Assembly (NCBI GenBank): GCA_964247055.1
Contig: OZ176054.1
Span: 3,720,001-3,784,000, forward strand
Reading direction: 5' to 3'
Source: Paragordius varius
Taxonomy: Eukaryota; Animalia; Nematomorpha
DNA length: 64,000 nt
Position numbers and translations under genes: made by a program. Shown here piece by piece: positions 57,159 to 64,000 of this stretch. The notes under the pieces were generated by a model, which worked only from the letters and a program-made list of their open reading frames with translations, made no database searches and was not told the origin of the DNA. Position 1 is the first letter of the stretch; every line of letters starts with the position of its first letter.

Positions 57159-60013
57159 ATGTTGAAATCACGCAATCTCAGCATCCGCATCGCCACATGG
57201 AATTTACGCGGATCCTACAAAAACCACAAACTAGATATTGTCGTTAACGAGATGGCTAAGCATAAAATTGACATACTAGGAATTTCAGAATCACATATCC
57301 CCTCTACCGGAACCTTAGAATTCGACAATCATATTTTGTATTATTCCGGCCACGACTCATCAAAATACAACGGTGTCGGCATAATAATGAACAAAAAACT
57401 AGCTAACTTATCGGACATTTTTAATCCAATAAATGATCGTATTATCGCAATCCGCATACAAACAACCCCTCAACCCATTACTATCCTCCAAATTTACGCA
57501 CCTACCTCCTCTTACAGCGATGACGACTGTGAAAAATTTTATAGCGATCTCGACTTGGCGATTTCCCAAATTTCAAAAAAGGATATCATATTTATCTTAG
57601 GCGATTTTAATTCAATCATCGGAACAGACAAAACACCTCCTATGACGGGCGGCATGGGCTTGGGCATAAAAAACGAGAGAGGAGACAGATTGATTGAATT
57701 TTGTGCTAACCATCGTTTCTTCGTCGCAATCAGCTTTTTTAAACAGCCCAAACGACGTCTATACACATGGCGTTCCCCGTGTCAAAGATACCGTAACCAG
57801 ATTGACTTCATATTAGGTATGGTAAAATACAAAAGTTCATTTCAAAATGTTAAATGCCTACCAGGATCGGATTGCTACAGCGACCACAACCTATTGATCG
57901 CCAAACTTCGAATTAAATTACAACTTCCTAAAACATCCAAACCCACAAGAACAAGATTAGATTATGATACAATCGACGACAAGTTTAGCACCGCTTTATC
58001 AAATCGTTTCGATTGTCTTGATCATAATTCCGAAAACTATCAGGATACAAACTTCTTTTGGAACGATATATATACAATCTGCCGAGACACAGCCGACGAA
58101 TTCATTCGGCCTCTCAAACGCAATAAAAATAAAATAAAATTGTCAGCCAAAAGTCTCGATCTCGCAGAAAAGCGTAGAGACTCAAAAACCAAATGCAAAT
58201 GGGATAAATACAAACAACTAAACAGTGAATTTCAGAAGAGTGCAAGAGAGGACACAAATAAGAATTATGACCAACTATGTGAAAAATTAGAAACAGACGC
58301 CAAAAAAAACCAAAACCTCTTTGCCCATGCAAACAATATTATTCCACACAAAAAAGTTTTTTATAATGGACCTATGAGAAACGACAACAACTCAATCGTC
58401 ACTGAAAAAGACGAAATTCGCAAACTATGGCACAAACATATAAACAAACTATACAATGTAAATAACCCCCCAACTATTAACGAACTTACTAAACAAAAAG
58501 AACCACCTATTATGAAAGAAGAAGTGGAACTCGCCATAAAACACTCTAGCACCGGTAAATCAGAGGGCCACAAAGACATCCCTACTGAAATAATAAAATA
58601 CATTCCAATCGATATACTTACCAAACTTTTTCAAATCATATTTGAGATGGAAAAAAAAAATTCCTGAGGATTGGTGTACATCCATTATGATTCCGATTTT
58701 AAAAAAGGGTAACCCAGAACTGTGTGACAACTATCGCACCATAGCGCTCATAAACCAGGTATCCAAAGTTTTTCTAAAAATAATACAATTTCGTCTAAAT
58801 TCCATTCTTGACCCCGAAATATCCACGATTCAGGCTGGTTTTCGAAAAGGTAGAGGATGCCGAGATATGATATGTAACATGAGGTGGATAATCGAGAAAC
58901 ACATCGAATTTAACAAAGAATTGCATATGTGCTTTGTCGATTTTTCCAAAGCATTTGATTCCATCCAGCACAATAAACTACGGAAAGCTCTAAAACAACT
59001 CGGAGTATCAACACATTTAATCAACATCATATTTTCAATTTATTCCAATTCCACGGCTATAGTATCCACACCATACGGTATATCTGACCCATGTAGGGTA
59101 CAAGTCGGCCTCCGTCAAGGATGCGTTTTATCACCAATTCTTTTTAACGCATACCTGGAGTGCATTATAAGAAATATCCCACAAACTTACGGCATCAACG
59201 TAGGTGGGAACCTACTTACATCCGTTCACTACGCGGATGATACAGTCTTATTCGCAGACAGTCTAGACACATTATCGCAAGCTTTGCAAGTGTTTACAAC
59301 TGAATGCAATAAATTTGGATTAAATATCAATTTCAAAAAAACAAAAGTCATGCAAATAAATCCGGCTCAAACCAATCCAATAATCCTCAACGGCAACCAG
59401 ATCGAAACAGTTAGCAGCTACACGTACTTAGGTAGCATTATTAATAATGAGAACAACTCTACGCCTGAAATAAAGCGAAGAATTGCTATTGCTAAAGCAG
59501 TAACTTTTAAATATAACAGGATTTGGATGTCACATGATATTAAACTACAAACCAAAATCAGATTAATCAAAGCTACAGTTTTCCCCACATTCATGTATGG
59601 GGGGGAAAGCTGGACACTGAAAAAATATGATGAACGTCTAATAAATTCTTTCGAATTATGGGTTTGGAGAAAACTTCTTCAAACAAAATGGACAGACAAA
59701 GTTTCAAACACCACCATTCTAAATAAAATAAACCCAGAAATGTCACTCCTTGGCAGCTTAACACGGCAAAAACTCTCCTTCTTCGGGCACATCATGAGAT
59801 CCAGCTCACTCGAAAAATCACTGATGCTGGGGAAAGTGAGTGGTGCCCGAAAAAGAGGGAGAAGACGAACTCGTTGGATGGATAACATCCTTAAAGAAAC
59901 CAACCTATCCTTATCCGACCTAAACACCAAAACCGGAAATCGCAATGAATGGAGAAGCTATATTTTCAATGTTGCAATTAGTCGGAATCGACTTTAGCAA
60001 ACAACAACAACAA
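57159..60013 (+). mobile_element. RTE-clade LINE: APE endonuclease plus reverse transcriptase, one frameshift at an A10 run (58651-58660), (CAA)n tail
   Basis: EN motifs ATWN, LGISE, IYAPT, GDFN, IDF, SDH; RT motifs NYRTIAL, QAGFRKGR, FVDFSKAFDS, GLRQGCVLSPILFN, YADD, YLGS; C-terminal GKVSGARKRGRRRTRW; 3' AGTCGGAATCGACT then CAAACAACAACAACAA. Confidence 0.95.
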
Positions 60014-61555
60014 TTTAATCTCCATTCACCATTTTTGAATTTATTAAAAAAAGTTAAAAATATTTAAGCATTAAAATTTAAAATTTAGTTTATTAATATC
60101 TGTAATAAACACTCCTCTAAAACTGTATAAAATTTTAGCATATGATGCCACCTAAGTGTTGCTTGATTGGGTCATGATACAAATATAGCAGCTAATAAAC
60201 AGTATATGGTTAAGCCGACTGATCTGAGAGAAACTAAAATTTTAAGACATTTACTGATTAACACTCATTAAAAAGGGTTTTGGCTAATATGGATGGAGAG
60301 TAAGATTATGTACGAACATCCAATAGACCATATTGGTTTTATTTTAGTTATGTAAGCCGTCGCAAATGGTTATCTACTTAAAGTGCATTAATTCGATGTG
60401 AAAATATTTTTTTTAATTGCTACTTTGAAGATGACCCGGGTTTTATTTTCAAGTTTCTAAAGATAAGGTTTCAGTTCCTACTTCGGAAACACTGTTTATT
60501 TCTATTTCTAAACTTAGTTCATCCTTAGTTAAGCTAAAAATAATTTCATACTTGCTCAGTATCAAAGATTCTTTTGCCAATATTTTGTCTCATTGATGAT
60601 TTGGAATTCAAAGTGGATATGTCAATATGTTTTGTAAACTATACATCCATTTTCCAATAAAACTTCATTAATTGTATAAATTAATGAGGGAAATTTAAAT
60701 AATTAATATATACTAAGAATTATTTTCTCGGAAACTTTTGGTAATTTATATCGGATATAATTTCATGAAATTATTCTCACCTAACTGGGATCATCTATTT
60801 TATATTTATCATGAAAGAAAACGGTTCTAAAAAAATTAAAGTTTAAAGGACAAATATTCTCCTGCAAATGATATAATTAGGGTTGACATTAGTAAATAAG
60901 TGCGGCCAAATATGTTTGCCATTTTTAGACTGATATATTTGCTTCTTTCTCTTCCAACATAACTTGGCCGAAACATTATTTCAGATTAAGAGCACGTCTG
61001 AATAAATGATGTATAAATGGTCATTTATTAGCAAATGGTAGAATATTATGCGGAATTGTTATTTTTAACAACACATATTAAGAGAAATAACTGGCATTTT
61101 GAAATAATATAATATTGCATTTAAATATCGTAAAGAAAATGCTATCCTAATATCGGCATAATTTTAAGGACATTTCTTGAACTATAAAGCAATTTTAATA
61201 TTGGTCTATTATTTGACGAAATCGTTTTTTATTATCCACATTCTTCACAATTTTGGGTTTAAATTTAATAATATGTGCTTAAATGTTAATATTATTTATA
61301 GAAGCTTTCCCAAAACAACACAAAATTATTTTTCTATTAATATGCGCTCTTTTAAATTATGGCCCTCAACAGTTTTGTTCCAATAAACCCTCATTTTTTC
61401 TCTATCAGCCCCATTGTATGAAAAAAGGTATTTGAGTTGAGTCATCGTTTTATATGGTTTGTCTTGAATTGAGCTCCCATTACCTAATTAAGAAATAAGT
61501 ATAATATATAAAACAAATAAATATTCTTTAGTTTTTTTTGGTTAAGATACTAGAG

Positions 61556-61823
61556 CAGGAGTATCCACACAAATGGCTTCGCAGGCCGCATTCAAAAAAT
61601 ATATGGGCATTAACAAATATTTTATTAGTTTTTAAACATAAAATTGTAAAAACTTCTTATTATTTAAAGAATTTTCGCTAGTTCATTGTCAACGTAAAGA
61701 TTTTTCCAGAAAATTTGTTTAAGAAAATTAATATTACTTAAATTCGTTAATTTTTGCATTTTCTCGCGTGCAAAAATATTTCGGAGTGAGCATGCGGCCG
61801 CGGGCCGCGTGTTGCCACTCCTG
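61556..61823. mobile_element. hAT-Charlie-like MITE, 268 bp
   Basis: Ends CAGGAGTATCCACAC and GTGTTGCCACTCCTG; perfect 8-bp TSD TACTAGAG. Confidence 0.9.
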
Positions 61824-63102
61824 TACTAGAGCTTATACAGTGTGAGTAACCATACATTGCCATTTTTCTTAAAATTTAACCAGTTATCATATACAGTAAT
61901 GAGAGTTATTATTGGTGATAGCAAAAATATAAAATAGCTTTAAGCCAATAATATAGCCTTTGTTTCATATGCACTGTAACAAAAAATATCCTGATGAAGT
62001 TTATACATATTGATAGACAAATGAATCAAAATTCCCATGGTGCTTTTGGTTTTGGGTGCTAGAAGTGATATAAAAAAGTTATTACCACTTTTGTGCTAAC
62101 TACTCCATATCAGAAAATAACGGATTTTCTTAGATTTTAATAAAATTTGGGTGGAAGCTATATGCCTTATTTAAAAAATATCCCTATATATCATTACCTT
62201 AATGTAAAAAGCAAAACAATAATTATATAAAATTACGATTTTAGATATGGGCTCCGTATCAATTTTTTTAAACCCGACTAAAATGGGCAAGTTTTCTTAA
62301 ACTAAAGGCACAAAATGCCATTGCGCGATGAAAATTTTAAATATATGCTAAATTTTCACAAAAAAAGAGTACTTTCCGAAAAATTGGATTTGATTTATAA
62401 CAAACTTTTTGTGAAGCGAGATTTAATGTATTTTGAAGCATGGTGGATACGGTAAAATCACTTCGAAACGTTATTAAAACACTTTTTTCAATATAATTCA
62501 ATGATGCTTGATAGTTTATAGATACTGTGCTGTTAAAATATGAATGTATTTAAAAAAATGCCGCATTTTTAGCTTTTACCAAAAATTTATTTAGTATAAT
62601 GTGGGCTAGTTCTTATTTAACATGAAACAATTATCTTTAATGGGTAATAACATTTTTAAATGAATTGCAAGGCACAAAACCATAAGCTACCTTAAAACTT
62701 TAGTACATTTATTTTATCTATAAGAATATATATTTCTTTTCATTTTTTGTGTTCACTGTGTTATACCTATACATAAAAATTAAATTACTATGTATTAAAT
62801 GTTAAACATATTATTTAAATTCTAAACGTGTTAATTTTGAAAGCGGTCCATTTAAACCATTCGATCAGACTCAACTTTTGCAGCCAGTTTTAATATTCAA
62901 AGGAACACAGACATTATCTAAAACATTCTGTTAATACATTAAGACAAAATTCCAATTGTTTAACTTAAAACTAATAATACGATTATATGTTTTTACCACT
63001 TAAATTAGATAAATTCAAAACAAAAAGCATAATTACAGAATGAAATAACTGAAGATCCTAGATAATTAAAAATTCATGAAGCATATTTTCCAATATTTAA
63101 TG

Positions 63103-64000
63103 TCACATACCATTTACAAAGGCAAAGGGATCTTCACTGACCCATTTCTCCAGGGAATGAGATGTGAATTCAACCGTGTGATCTAATGTGATCATAAGAG
63201 TACCGGCAATACGTGCCAATTTACCCGTTACATGGGCATCATCGATGTAAAAGTAGGGCTGTGTAAAATAAGCTTTATACAATTTAAAGGCCACAGGCGG
63301 TGTTAGAATAATGGACCAACCTGAACAATACGGTTCATAAAATTTGCTGGGATACTGTTCTACCGTAGTAAACCATTTGGAATCGCTAGATCGAAAGACT
63401 TCCGTGTTAATTTTCATGGGACACATTATGATATCACGTAAATGGGAGGGATTCGGACCAAACAAGCTAATGTATTCCTTAATCAGATCAGAATCCGTAT
63501 TTAACATGTGATATTTTAATGGATCACAGGTATTGTTAATTGTGAGTGATGAATTACTTGTATTCCTATCATAACGAGTATTTACTATGGCGGCGGTGCT
63601 ATTGTTAGCAGCCTCTTCCTCTAGTTTAAGAAATTTACTTAAATGATCTCCATACATGATATACGGAAATTGTGTTATAGGCCAAACTTGAGTTTGGTTA
63701 TAGGTGTAAGGAAATATCTGAGAAGGGGGTCGCAATTCATCAATTTTATTCCGCAGGAAATCTCCATACCTATTTTTAAAGTTTGTTAAGGATGTAATCA
63801 CTTGAAATATATCAACGTATATGTCATCATCCATTTTTAGGATGAATTCTGCATGTGGGCAATAATGTGAAATCCATTTGTAACCCATAGCCATTTTATA
63901 TGTCAGATTATTATACGCATCGTGGAAAGAAAATTGTACAATATCATTGTATATCAAACTTTCATTTGCAATGTGTGATTGTACTGATGTATCATTAGTC
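63103..64000 (-). CDS. Second GT31 beta-1,3-galactosyltransferase-family paralogue, 5'-truncated by the window edge
   Basis: Frame stays open to the window end; FHDAYNNLTYKMAMGYKWISHYC, KMDDD, SKWF, PYCSGWSIILTPPVAFKLYKAYFTQPYFYIDDAH are nearly identical to 40142-41503. Confidence 0.92.
   Translation of the reverse strand, partial: TNDTSVQSHIANESLIYNDIVQFSFHDAYNNLTYKMAMGYKWISHYCPHAEFILKMDDDIYVDIFQVITSLTNFKNRYGDFLRNKIDELRPPSQIFPYTYNQTQVWPITQFPYIMYGDHLSKFLKLEEEAANNSTAAIVNTRYDRNTSNSSLTINNTCDPLKYHMLNTDSDLIKEYISLFGPNPSHLRDIIMCPMKINTEVFRSSDSKWFTTVEQYPSKFYEPYCSGWSIILTPPVAFKLYKAYFTQPYFYIDDAHVTGKLARIAGTLMITLDHTVEFTSHSLEKWVSEDPFAFVNGM

Noticed and set aside
56990-60020. TTTAATC as TSD of the RTE element (56990-56996 and 60014-60020)
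   Set aside because: Only 7 bp and AT-rich, so it could be chance; the 5' boundary of the element is not established.

Overview
Very AT-rich eukaryotic genomic DNA with animal-type genes; the species cannot be identified from the sequence. The genes are spliced, so the ORF track shows only fragments; I rebuilt exon structures by hand from GT-AG sites, phase continuity and remembered homologue sequences. In order: first coding exon of an IP6K-type inositol phosphate kinase (-, runs off the left edge); an orphan 3-exon gene with PP1-docking-like motifs (-); a complete 19-exon DENND6/FAM116 gene (-) head-to-head with a complete 8-exon FAM76 gene (+), start codons only 88 bp apart; a 9-exon mucin-like gene with three 8-Cys modules (-); two GT31 beta-1,3-glycosyltransferase paralogues (-); and an atypical trypsin-fold serine protease (-). 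Intergenic and long intronic DNA is full of TTAA-target and hAT-type MITEs (several with intact TSDs and nested insertions), decayed mariner copies and one near-intact RTE-clade LINE. The most striking signal is a set of 21-30 nt GT-AG spliceosomal introns. Six of the seven flank the shared DENND6/FAM76 promoter, six of seven are 3n in length with in-frame stops, and they sit in the same genes as kb-sized, TE-filled introns. No rRNA, tRNA or CRISPR was recognised. All homology calls come from memory, not database searches.
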